64,000 bases of DNA from Pelagomonas calceolata (taxonomy: Eukaryota), in the NCBI GenBank assembly GCA_918797485.1, contig CAKKNE010000003.1, forward strand, positions 868,001-932,000. Direction: 5' to 3'. Under the pieces are notes generated by a model. That model was not told where the DNA came from. It saw nothing but the letters and a program-made list of their open reading frames with translations, and did not search any database. The position numbers were made by a program, and so were the translations under genes. Shown piece after piece: positions 31,414-40,666 of the stretch. Position 1 is the first letter of the stretch. Every line of letters begins with the position of its first letter.

Positions 31414-32633
31414 ATGCGCGTCCTACTTCTAATCACCACGCATCTAAGCTTGGAACACATCGCCTTCCTCCGCAAGTGCTGGCCGCCGGCGACGCACAAG
31501 TCGTCGCTCCTCCGCGAGGCCGACGTCATGGTCTACATAAGCGGCCACCTCACGAAGAACGCGACGCGGGCGCTCGCGGTCGCGTTTCCGCCCGTCGACC
31601 GCAAGGTATCGTATAGACGCGCGTCGAAGATGCCTCGCGTGCAAGGCGGTAATGTGATGCTGCGGCAGACGGGCGCGATGCTCGGCCTCGACACGGCCGA
31701 GCGCGAAGGGTGGTGGTCGGGCTACGACTGGGTCATTCGATTGAATCCCGATGTCATTGTCCGCGACTGAGTGGAAATCAAATTTCGAGCGCCCCACGCC
31801 ATCGACGCGACGTGCTTTCGTAGCTTCGTCAGAAGTACGTCTGCGCGATGGCGTGGCGATCCCACGCCATCGACGCGACGTTGTCCCCGTGGCTCGATGG
31901 CGTGGAGGCTCACGAAGGTCCACGTACCTTAACTCACTGGTTGATTTCCACACAGGTACGCGACGACAGCTTCCTGCGCACACAAATGGCGCGCGACGAC
32001 GTCGACGCCGTCCTCGCGAACTGCAACAAGGGCCCGATTCGCCCGAACGGTATCAGGGTCATGACCGACTTTACGGCCTGGCGCCCGGCCAAGATTCCGG
32101 CGGGCGCGTTCCGTCTGCCGGCGGGCCACACGACGGACTGCGGCGGCCGGGACGCCTGGTTCAAAGAACAAAAGTGCAACGCCGAGAAATCTGCGACGGC
32201 AGCGTTCGAGCGAGTGATTGCGTCGGGGCGGTACGCTTTGCTGCCGAACGCAAAGGGTCCCGGCCCGCACTGCCGCGTCGACGGCCGCTTCTCGAGCGTG
32301 ATTCACGACCACGCCTACGCGGACCGGTGCCGGGCCGACCTCGCGCGCCGCGTATACGCGCTACCGGCCGCGAAGCCGACGGCGAAGGAGCGGCAATGCG
32401 CGCGGTGGCGCGCGGACCACAAAGTCGTGCCGGACTACTCGTGGGGCACGCTACCCGAGCACCTGCAGAAACGATACAAGGCCTACGACTGCGACAGCCT
32501 CGTACCGCCGGTGCCGGACGCGGCCCCTACCGACCCGACCGAGACCGTCCGGCGCGGGTGGAACCGCACGGCGGGGTCGAGATACGCGTTCGCGGCCGAC
32601 GGTGTCACGTTCGAATCGGCGGGCGGGATCTAG
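31414..32633 (+). CDS. Glycosyltransferase-like protein; exons 31414-31758 and 31956-32633
   Basis: Splicing gives YDWVIRLNPDVI|VRDDSFL (DxD-like GT-A strand); C-terminal C..W....V.P..SWG.L....Q..Y....C mini-domain. Confidence 0.7.
31759..31963 (+). mobile_element. Introner element (non-autonomous TIR DNA transposon forming intron 31759-31955)
   Basis: 15-bp TIR CTGAGTGGAAATCAA (31767-81) / TTGATTTCCACACAG (31941-55), 14/15 match; 8-bp TSD GTCCGCGA / GTACGCGA; GT from the TSD, AG from the TIR. Confidence 0.92.
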
Positions 32634-32664
32634 TCCTCGCTCCATGCGTGGTAAGGACTTAAAA

Positions 32665-32690
32665 GCTAGCGGCATGTAAGACACACTAGC
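32665..32690 (-). promoter_or_regulatory. CTAG bipartite upstream motif (gctagcggcatgtaagacacactagc)
   Basis: About 220 bp upstream of ATG 32911. Confidence 0.7.
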
Positions 32691-32910
32691 ACAACCAAAG
32701 GCAGCGCAAAGCAGTGGCAAAAAAACACATCGTGGCGCGACGCGCTGCAGCTATTGGTGACGGCAGCTCGCCCACGCCATCGGCGCGACGACAGCACGCG
32801 ATCGCTGCGGTCTCGGCGAACGCCGCCCTCTGAAAGCACAGCACTCTCCTGTGCTGACTGCATAAAAACAGCAGCATTGCGAGGCGGACTGCTCGACAAT
32901 AATCACAGCA

Positions 32911-33729
32911 ATGACCCAATTCATCCCTCCCCAAACGGAGCACGTGCCGCCCTACCAGCACCCGCCCCTCTGCTTCAAGCCCGAGTGCCGGCACGGCGGC
33001 CCCGCACCAAATGAGAAGATAGAGGACTTTCTGCGGGCCGCCCACGCGTGCAAAAGGGACGCGGGCGAGGCCGTGCGCAAGCTGTTTGTGACGAAGCAAT
33101 ACAAGGGGGGCATGAAAGGTGTGGAGGACGACACGGACTTGGTCGCTAGGACAGAACTAAAAGCCGTCGCCGCGTTCTGGTCTGATGACGACAGGAGGCG
33201 ACTACTGGCGACGCCGGGCGCCCTGAAATGTTTGTACGCTTGTGCTGCCGATTCCATCCACCTCGCCTATGGTTCAGACGCGCGGTTCCTCGCGCGCCTC
33301 GGTGCTTGGGTAGAACACCCCGACGACGAGGAGCAATTGATGCGAGCCTGTCGTAGTACAGTTACTGATTGGGCCTGCGCCAATTATCTCAATAAAAAGC
33401 TCCCCTGCGGGTGTCTGGAGCGGTTGTCGTCGCTGGAACATTGTGCCACATGCCTCAAGTACTTGGACCCGACGAAACAAGCGATCGATAAAAGGTTATG
33501 CAAGTGCTGTGGGAACGTGGCCTACTGCGGCGTGCCCTGCGAGTCGGCGGACTGGCCGCGGCATCGGTTGGAGTGTTCTGGAAGGCCCTCGGACGCGGAG
33601 ATTGCGCGGCAAGATTCTGAATGGTTGGAGCGGCGGGACAAGGCGGTTGCTGCTAGAGCTAGTTTCGAGGAGATTTCACCCCCCAAAAAGAGTTTCGATG
33701 GCGACTGGGTAGAGGAGAGTAATGCGTAG
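32911..33729 (+). CDS. MYND zinc-finger protein
   Basis: CATC...CKCCGNVAYCGVPCESADWPRHRLEC, preceded by CRHG and KKLPCGCL. Confidence 0.85.
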   Translation: MTQFIPPQTEHVPPYQHPPLCFKPECRHGGPAPNEKIEDFLRAAHACKRDAGEAVRKLFVTKQYKGGMKGVEDDTDLVARTELKAVAAFWSDDDRRRLLATPGALKCLYACAADSIHLAYGSDARFLARLGAWVEHPDDEEQLMRACRSTVTDWACANYLNKKLPCGCLERLSSLEHCATCLKYLDPTKQAIDKRLCKCCGNVAYCGVPCESADWPRHRLECSGRPSDAEIARQDSEWLERRDKAVAARASFEEISPPKKSFDGDWVEESNA

Positions 33730-33730
33730 G

Positions 33731-34030
33731 TTAGTTACTACGCGGCGACGGCGTCGTCGGCGTGGGGGTGGTCTGAGTTGTTACCCGCGTACTGCTACCC
33801 CCGGTACGCCATCGCCGCGGCCGCCGGCCTACTAAACGAGCCCGTCGAAGTCCGGCCGCGCGCGTTTCGAGGCGCGCTCGACGTCGAGTCCCCACGCGCG
33901 GGCCGTCGTCGAGGACGGCGAAGAGGATGCCGTGGACGTCGACGTTTAGTTTGTACGGCTCGTTATCGATCCGCTCCTTGCGCTTTCTTTTATAGGGGTC
34001 CTCGTTTAAATAGTGACGGGCAGAGGACAT
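33731..34030 (-). pseudogene. Inverted partial paralog of the 31103 small membrane protein
   Basis: 33911-33991 matches 31187-31267 at 70/81 nt (KRKRKERI...LNVDVHGILFAV), then diverges and loses the TM helix. Confidence 0.5.
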
Positions 34031-34216
34031 ACTCGACCCATTCCTTCCGGCCGCTCTCCTCGAGTGGTTTCACTTTTTTGATGACTCAATGATGAGGTCG
34101 TGATTGAACGTCTCACCAATCGAAGGGCCGCCAGAGTACAGTCCAGAAGGCCCACGTTTGATCTCGCGTCGTCCAGGCGCCGCGTAACAAGCGTCAATTA
34201 ATTAGGTGAAAATCGT

Positions 34217-34239
34217 GCTAGTGTCTTAACGATGCTAGC
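34217..34239 (+). promoter_or_regulatory. CTAG bipartite upstream motif (gctagtgtcttaacgatgctagc)
   Basis: About 227 bp upstream of ATG 34466. Confidence 0.7.
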
Positions 34240-34465
34240 CTGGCTTTGCCCCTCGCTCACAAAAACAGCCCAAAGCAAGCTACTCCGACAGCGAGGGTTT
34301 GCTGACGTATCGCTTATTGCCCCAGGGAGAGCGCCGACTGCGTCCGGGCTGCAAAAAAGCAGCACCGGGCCTCACACCCACACGAAAGCAGCGAGGCAGC
34401 AACCTGCGCAAAAGCAGCAGCGGCGCCTCACACCACAAAGCAGCGAGCAGCATAACAAAGCCAAG

Positions 34466-35896
34466 ATGCCAGGAGGCAAGTTCGCCCGGGCCAACCGCGC
34501 TAAGCGCGAGCAGAAGGCCGCCGCCCAGGCGGCCGGCGATGCGGCGCCGCCCGCACAACAGAACCGGCGAAAAAAAGCACCACAAAAAAAGAAGGACCCC
34601 TGGGCCGCGGCCCTCGCGAAAGCTAGACAGGCGGCCTCGACGGGCGCCGACCTCGCCGCGCCGCCGCCGCCGCCGACGTCGCCTCTGACGAAAGCACCGG
34701 TGTCCGCCGGCGCGGCCGACGCCATGAACGAAGGCTTGGATTTGACGCCGGCCTGGATGCGCACGAAGGTCGACGACGAGGACGACACCGACGACGGCGT
34801 TTCCCTCCCAAAGGCCAAGCCCCTGAAGAACGCGAAGATCCTACCGGCCCACCAGAAAGCCGCGACCGTAGTAGGTGGCGAGGACTCGTGGCAGGGCGGC
34901 TCCTGGACCTGGCTCGCGCAGACGGGTAGTAGGCCCCAGACGCTCATGGAGCGCCTAGCCCAATTACCGGAAAGCCTGCCGGGCGGGCCCGTGCCCGACT
35001 ACTTCGTGCCGGGCCCGGGCTTCGAGGGCGAGGAGACGGCCGAGGAGTTGAGAGAAAGGTTCAGCAAGGACCCTTCCGGTGCGGCGCCGGCGCCGGCGCC
35101 GAAGCCGCCGCCGCACGCAGTGCCGCCGCCGCCGCGCGTGCTGCAGAAGCCCAAGCCCTCGCCGCCGCCGAAGCCGACGCCGACACCTCCGAAGCCCACA
35201 CCACCTCCGCAGCCGAGCCCGCCGCCACAACCGAAGCCGCGGGCCGTGCCAAAACCACCTCCAGTACCCATAAGGCAGGGCAACCCCGTCCTGGTATTGG
35301 CGGACATGAACGGGACGCTAGTCCATCGGTCCAAGACGCGATTAACCTGTAAAGCGGAACCGGCCTGCGAGGCGAACAAGACGTTTTACTATGCGCGGCC
35401 CGGTGCCAAAGATCTCATCCAGTTCCTGCTGCACGCGGCGCGGACGACGGAGGAAGGTCGGCGACGAGTCGTGTTCGCCTTTTATACGTCGATGCGGGAG
35501 GCCAACGCGCGACCCATAGCCGATTACTTGACCGGTGGTCGGCGCGTAGATATATATGAGAGAAAGTTCAACAAAGCGGACCCCACTGGAGCGAACGACT
35601 ACGACACGATGCGCGATTTACCTTCGGTTTGGTCTTCCGTGAAGCCTGGTTCTGCAAGGGGCTTCACGGCAGAGAATACCGTGGTCATCGACGACACGTT
35701 GCGGAAGATGCGGGAACTACCGCATAACGTGCTGGTCGTGCCGCCCTTCGAGGAGGACGCCGTGAAGAAGGGCACGGACGACATCATGGACTACGTCAAG
35801 GTTTACTTAGATATGCTCCTCGACGAGGAGGTCCAGGACTCCTTGGACGTGCGCGAGACGCTCAAGGCGCGGCCGCTGCGGCTGGGGTTCCTCTAA
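34466..35896 (+). CDS. FCP1/NIF-like HAD-domain protein with Pro-rich N-terminus
   Basis: LVLADMNGTLVHR, YARPGAKDLIQF, FYTS, RDL..VW, NTVVIDDT..K. Confidence 0.8.
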   Translation: MPGGKFARANRAKREQKAAAQAAGDAAPPAQQNRRKKAPQKKKDPWAAALAKARQAASTGADLAAPPPPPTSPLTKAPVSAGAADAMNEGLDLTPAWMRTKVDDEDDTDDGVSLPKAKPLKNAKILPAHQKAATVVGGEDSWQGGSWTWLAQTGSRPQTLMERLAQLPESLPGGPVPDYFVPGPGFEGEETAEELRERFSKDPSGAAPAPAPKPPPHAVPPPPRVLQKPKPSPPPKPTPTPPKPTPPPQPSPPPQPKPRAVPKPPPVPIRQGNPVLVLADMNGTLVHRSKTRLTCKAEPACEANKTFYYARPGAKDLIQFLLHAARTTEEGRRRVVFAFYTSMREANARPIADYLTGGRRVDIYERKFNKADPTGANDYDTMRDLPSVWSSVKPGSARGFTAENTVVIDDTLRKMRELPHNVLVVPPFEEDAVKKGTDDIMDYVKVYLDMLLDEEVQDSLDVRETLKARPLRLGFL

Positions 35897-36266
35897 CTTA
35901 GGGTTTCGTAGTATGCCTCGCGGTCGCGTCGACGGCGTGGAGGGCTTCGGCTTATCTGTTGCGGTGTGCAGGGCAAAAACCCGTCGCTAGAGCCCTTAGC
36001 TAGCGCTCGACCGTGTGTCTTTGGCATTGGGCCCTAGCGCGCGCCGCGCGCGCATAATTCTGCAATTCTGAGGAGTGCAAATTTTTTTATATTAAGATAC
36101 AAAGAATTGCTGCAACTCTTGGGCTGAGCGCTGCCGCGCGCCGCAAGATTGTATAGGCCCGCCATACACGGCCCTGGCCCGTGCAAACAACTCGGCGCGC
36201 GAGCTTGCAATTGCATTGGAATTGCTGCATTATATTTTTAAACCTTAACGTGTATTGTATAGACGC

Positions 36267-39200
36267 ATGACGCGGTCCTCGAAGCGCAAAGCCGCCGCCG
36301 CCGCGCCGGCGCCGGCGCCGAAACGGCAAACGAGAGGCGGTAAAAAGAAGGAGGAGAAGGAGGAGAAGCCCCCACCTAAACCGAAGCCGGCGCCGAAAAA
36401 GCCCGCCGCCAAGCCCGCGAAGGCGCCCGCGAAGGCGGCCAAACCGGCGCCGAAGCCCAAGCCCAAGCCCGCGGCGGCGCCGACGCGCGCCTCGACGCGC
36501 AAGCGCACGCGCGGCCAGAAGGAGGAGGAGGAGAAGGCGCCGGAGCCCGAGCCCGAGCCCGAGGAAGAAGAGGAGGAAGAAGAGGAGGAGGAGGAGGAGG
36601 CCGAGGAGCCTGAAGAGGAGCCTGCACCAGCCCCCGCGCCGCCGCCGGCGCCGGTGACGACGCGCCGGACGCGCGGCGCGACGCGGGCGACGCCCCAGGC
36701 CACGCCGCAGCCGACGCCGAAGCCGTCGCCGAAGCCGCCGCCTCAACAGCGCTCGCCGCCCAAGGCGCCGCCGCCGCCGCCTCCACCCGTCGCACCTGCG
36801 CCGCCGCCCGCGCCGCCGCCGCCTCCACCTCCAAAGCCGGCGCCGCCACCAGTCGCGCCGCCGCCGCCGCCGCCGCCGGCACCCGTGGCGCCGCCCGCAC
36901 CGCCGCCGGCGCCCCCGCCAGCGCCACCAAAGCCGAAACCGGTCGTGCCGCGGCCGCCGCCCGTGTCCACGGCCACCGTGGGCCCGCCGCGCGGCGACGA
37001 GCCGCGGCCGACGCCGCGCATGGCTGCGGTAGTAGCTCAGACGACGGGCGCGTCGGCCTTACCGGCGCCGCCGCCCGTCGACATCGCGACGGCGAACACG
37101 CGGAACCAGGACCTGAAGAACGTGACGCCTCGCATGGCTGCGGTCGTGAATGCTGCCGTGAGACCTGCTCCCGCGCCGGCTCCCGCGAAGCCCGGGCTAC
37201 CGGCGCCTTCCGAAGTCCAGCGCCAGATGAAGGCGCTGCAGCTCAGATGGAACACGGCGCTTGGGAAACTAAGGAGGTTGCGGAGAGCTGGATCGTATAG
37301 AGGTGCACTCCCCACAACGAACCTCGCCCCGCGGTTCAAGGCCCACGTCGACTTCTGCGTCGACGAGATGCGCTGGGCGTCGCAGGACGTGCATGAGGAG
37401 CGGAAGTGGAAGGTGAGCGTCGCGAAAGTGTTGGCCGACGAGGCGTGTCACAGCGTCAGTTCTGGTGAGTGGAAGGATCCCGAAGGTCGGTTGCAGTCTC
37501 GCGATAGAGATGTGGAAGCGTTCCAGTCTACACTTAGTTCATTAGCCTCAAAACACAAGGGTCGGGTCGTCTTCGCGCGCCGCTTCGGCCAGGCCCAAGT
37601 GACGAGCGATCTCGCTGCTGCGTTAGCCCGGTCTGATGGTCTACGACGCGTCGTGTGCTTCGGCGACGAGTCGGAGCGGAGGTGGACCCAATGTATTAGG
37701 GCACATGGCGCGGATGTTTGTTCTTCACTGGATCAAGCACCTAGAGATGGCCGGCCTCGAGTTGTGCTAGCTAGAGGTGACGACGCTAGAGTACACTCAG
37801 ACCGGGAAATCATACGCCAGAAGGCCCGAGATGATGCGGAGGCCAACGAACGGCCGCCGCCCGTTTATCCCGATGGTGATGCTCCTGATAAACGAGTAGT
37901 AGCTTCTCGCGCGTCGCAGGAGTGGACCATGGACGTGATCGACGTGCGCATCCCGAAGAAGGACGCGCGCGGTCTTTCTGAAAGTGTACCTACATCGTAC
38001 CTGCAGCAGTACAAGGCGACTTCATTCATGAGTGTTGTGGTGTCCGATGCGCCGTCCGGTGCGGACGAGGTGCGAGACTGGGCTCGACTGGAAGCGTTTC
38101 TCAAGAGAAAGGATCTCGATGCAGTGCTGAAGGACTGTGGCACGGAACCCTCGCTCGCTCGGTCCAAACTGGAAGCTTCGGTATTGAAAGCACATCAAGC
38201 ATCGGTCGCCCAAGTAAAAGCAACACATCCCCAGACCTGGGTCGCCTGTGCTGCGGGGGATAAGCAACGGCGGTTGTACGCAAGGGCCATGGGCCGGCCC
38301 GACGTGCGACGAGCGTTGGCTCGGCGCGCGACGCGAGGCGACGAGGCCAAGGCTGTCGCCGCGGCGTTACGGGTGTTGCGACTAGCGACGAACGGCGACG
38401 TTAGGAGCTGTGAGGCCGCTCTGGATGGGAGCGAGGACCGCTTCTTACAATATCCCAAACGCGAGCTAGCGGCATTGCTGGAGACCTCTACGAAACTTGA
38501 GGCATTGCGGTCTATCATCAAGTCCTCGCCGAAGAAACGTATTGTGGTTCTAGCGGCCCAACCGGAAGCCCTGGATCTCTGTGAAGAGGCTCTGAGGGAC
38601 CATGCACTGCATGTCTCCAAAACACCCGAGGACCATGACCAAGTAGTCCAAAGGTTCGATTCAGACACAAAAGCGCAAGTATGCTTACTCTCCACAAGAG
38701 CTTATGCTGCGTACGAGCCGCGCGCGCCGCCGAAGGCCGACCTACTCATCATTTACGACGACGACTGGCTGCGCTCGTCAAAGCGGTGCCCCTGCGACTG
38801 GCTCGCGCGCCTGCAGCAGGCTTCTGCGGAACTATCGACGACGAAGAAGCGCAAGAAGGACTCGTCGTCGAGTGTCGAGGCCTATCGGTTAGTTTTAGTT
38901 GATTCCCTCGAGGCGGCGACGTTCCGGCTCTGCGATCACAAGCCGCCTGATAACTCAGTGCTGGAGGACATCCGGAGTACTTTGACAGATGGGAAGCTGC
39001 GGGCCATTGCCATTTGCGATCAACGAACGATCATTCCTGACGGATTGACGTTGTTAGCTGGTAGCGCGGTCGCGCCCGAAGAAGAAAGTTTGAGAGTGTT
39101 TGGCGGACCTCTACTAGATGCGCCCGCGCGACGTCGAGCCGCGTCGAAGATCGACAAGGCCACGCGACGAGCCGAGTTAGATAGATTAATGAGGAGACAC

Positions 39201-40514
39201 GGACGACGGGCGCCCTCCGACATTGTGTACGAGGCCGACGCGGACATCAAGAATGAGAATAGGTTGTTCTACGACGCCGTCGACGGTCAGACCGGTGTTT
39301 TCACGGCTCCGTCGCTGACGGGCCAAGACCCTCCTGACAGTTACGACCTGGGCATCGCGCGATTGCCGCTGCGCGAAGCTCGGACCGTGTTGCATCGACC
39401 GGACTGGTTACGAGCAAGTCGTGTAGAGACTTTGAATCGTAGAGTGAGATTTGCGGCGTCAGGATCGGCGGCGATGGGCCGAAGACATCAACGAAAGTAC
39501 CGGAGGCAAGATCCACCGCCCTGGCGAGCAGCTCGCGATGCCACGAAGCCGCGGCACTGGGCCCACGCGCCCCAACTAGGGGCGCGCGGCTTAGGTGGTG
39601 ATCCGAAGGAGAAGCCGCCCGAGATTAGGATACCGCCCCTACCGCCGCCGCCGCCACCAGCCCCGGCACCGGCGCCGGCACCGGCGCCATCGAACCACCC
39701 GCAGTCCGCTTCGACGAAAGCACGCTCGTATAGTTTAGCGGGCCAAGCGACGCCCAAGAAGGAAAGTACGGACCCGTTCGAAAACCTGCGAAGATTACGG
39801 CCGGACGACGTCAGAGGCTACCTGGACTACTCGCGCTGCCTACAAAAGGTCTGGCCTAGAGCGGAGCAGTGGGCCTCTAGACTACCGGAGGTCAATTCCG
39901 GGAAGCCGCGGGACGCGCGGCCGCAAGATTCTCGATCTTATTTGGCCTATCTGGGGCAATTTTCCGGGCAAGTTCCCGAGAATGTGGCGCGGCCGCCCGG
40001 GGAATACCCTGCGATCGAGGAGGGTGCCTTGGGTGCGCCGGATAGTGAAGACACGCTCGAGAGTAGGCCGGACCGACGCGCGCAACTCGCGAGGTTCGTG
40101 CAAGTGGTAAGAGCGCATGAAGAAGAGGCCAAGAAGAAGAAGGAAGAACATGAAAAAGCATGGGCCAACGCGCCGGCGCCGGCCATACCAGAAGAACCAC
40201 CCTTCGAGGACGACGACGACCTCGAGGCGTTTTTCGCGTCGCGCAACGTGCAGACGCCGTTGCAGCGGTTTGATCAATTACAAGCGGACAACGCGGTCGC
40301 GGCGGCGAAGAAGGTTTTAGATGAGAAAGAGGCTGAAAGATTGCGGCTTATTGATAAAGCTGCGGCCGACGCCGCCGTCGATGCGGCGCGGAAGGCTATC
40401 TTGGCACGGTTGGACGCCGAGGAGGCGGCGGCCGCCGCGGCTCCCGCGCCGCAGGACGTGGTGATGGCCGAGGCGCCGCCCGTTCCTGCGCCAGTCGTGC
40501 CCGCGCCGGTATAA
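36267..40514 (+). CDS. HSA-domain protein (EAF1/SWR1/p400-like) with degenerate SNF2 helicase C-lobe
   Basis: HSA KAHVDFCVDEMRWASQDVHEERKWK; SNF2-like STKLEAL..RIVVL..LDL..QRFD..LLSTRA..ADLLIIYDDDW..VEAYRLV..SLE. Confidence 0.75.
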   Translation: MTRSSKRKAAAAAPAPAPKRQTRGGKKKEEKEEKPPPKPKPAPKKPAAKPAKAPAKAAKPAPKPKPKPAAAPTRASTRKRTRGQKEEEEKAPEPEPEPEEEEEEEEEEEEEAEEPEEEPAPAPAPPPAPVTTRRTRGATRATPQATPQPTPKPSPKPPPQQRSPPKAPPPPPPPVAPAPPPAPPPPPPPKPAPPPVAPPPPPPPAPVAPPAPPPAPPPAPPKPKPVVPRPPPVSTATVGPPRGDEPRPTPRMAAVVAQTTGASALPAPPPVDIATANTRNQDLKNVTPRMAAVVNAAVRPAPAPAPAKPGLPAPSEVQRQMKALQLRWNTALGKLRRLRRAGSYRGALPTTNLAPRFKAHVDFCVDEMRWASQDVHEERKWKVSVAKVLADEACHSVSSGEWKDPEGRLQSRDRDVEAFQSTLSSLASKHKGRVVFARRFGQAQVTSDLAAALARSDGLRRVVCFGDESERRWTQCIRAHGADVCSSLDQAPRDGRPRVVLARGDDARVHSDREIIRQKARDDAEANERPPPVYPDGDAPDKRVVASRASQEWTMDVIDVRIPKKDARGLSESVPTSYLQQYKATSFMSVVVSDAPSGADEVRDWARLEAFLKRKDLDAVLKDCGTEPSLARSKLEASVLKAHQASVAQVKATHPQTWVACAAGDKQRRLYARAMGRPDVRRALARRATRGDEAKAVAAALRVLRLATNGDVRSCEAALDGSEDRFLQYPKRELAALLETSTKLEALRSIIKSSPKKRIVVLAAQPEALDLCEEALRDHALHVSKTPEDHDQVVQRFDSDTKAQVCLLSTRAYAAYEPRAPPKADLLIIYDDDWLRSSKRCPCDWLARLQQASAELSTTKKRKKDSSSSVEAYRLVLVDSLEAATFRLCDHKPPDNSVLEDIRSTLTDGKLRAIAICDQRTIIPDGLTLLAGSAVAPEEESLRVFGGPLLDAPARRRAASKIDKATRRAELDRLMRRHGRRAPSDIVYEADADIKNENRLFYDAVDGQTGVFTAPSLTGQDPPDSYDLGIARLPLREARTVLHRPDWLRASRVETLNRRVRFAASGSAAMGRRHQRKYRRQDPPPWRAARDATKPRHWAHAPQLGARGLGGDPKEKPPEIRIPPLPPPPPPAPAPAPAPAPSNHPQSASTKARSYSLAGQATPKKESTDPFENLRRLRPDDVRGYLDYSRCLQKVWPRAEQWASRLPEVNSGKPRDARPQDSRSYLAYLGQFSGQVPENVARPPGEYPAIEEGALGAPDSEDTLESRPDRRAQLARFVQVVRAHEEEAKKKKEEHEKAWANAPAPAIPEEPPFEDDDDLEAFFASRNVQTPLQRFDQLQADNAVAAAKKVLDEKEAERLRLIDKAAADAAVDAARKAILARLDAEEAAAAAAPAPQDVVMAEAPPVPAPVVPAPV

Positions 40515-40666
40515 TAAATCGCGTTTTATCGTGACCCTAGGGCTAGATGACGGGGTTTTTAGCCTTCTTGTGGTGTCTCGTTCTGCCCCGTGGAGAGCGG
40601 CGGCGGGAAGAAGGATGTGCCGGGGACGCGGCGGGCGATAGCGTCGTAAAGTGTGTGTGTTATATC

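Noticed and set aside
36700..36960. CCG-rich tracts
   Set aside because: Explained by poly-proline coding sequence.
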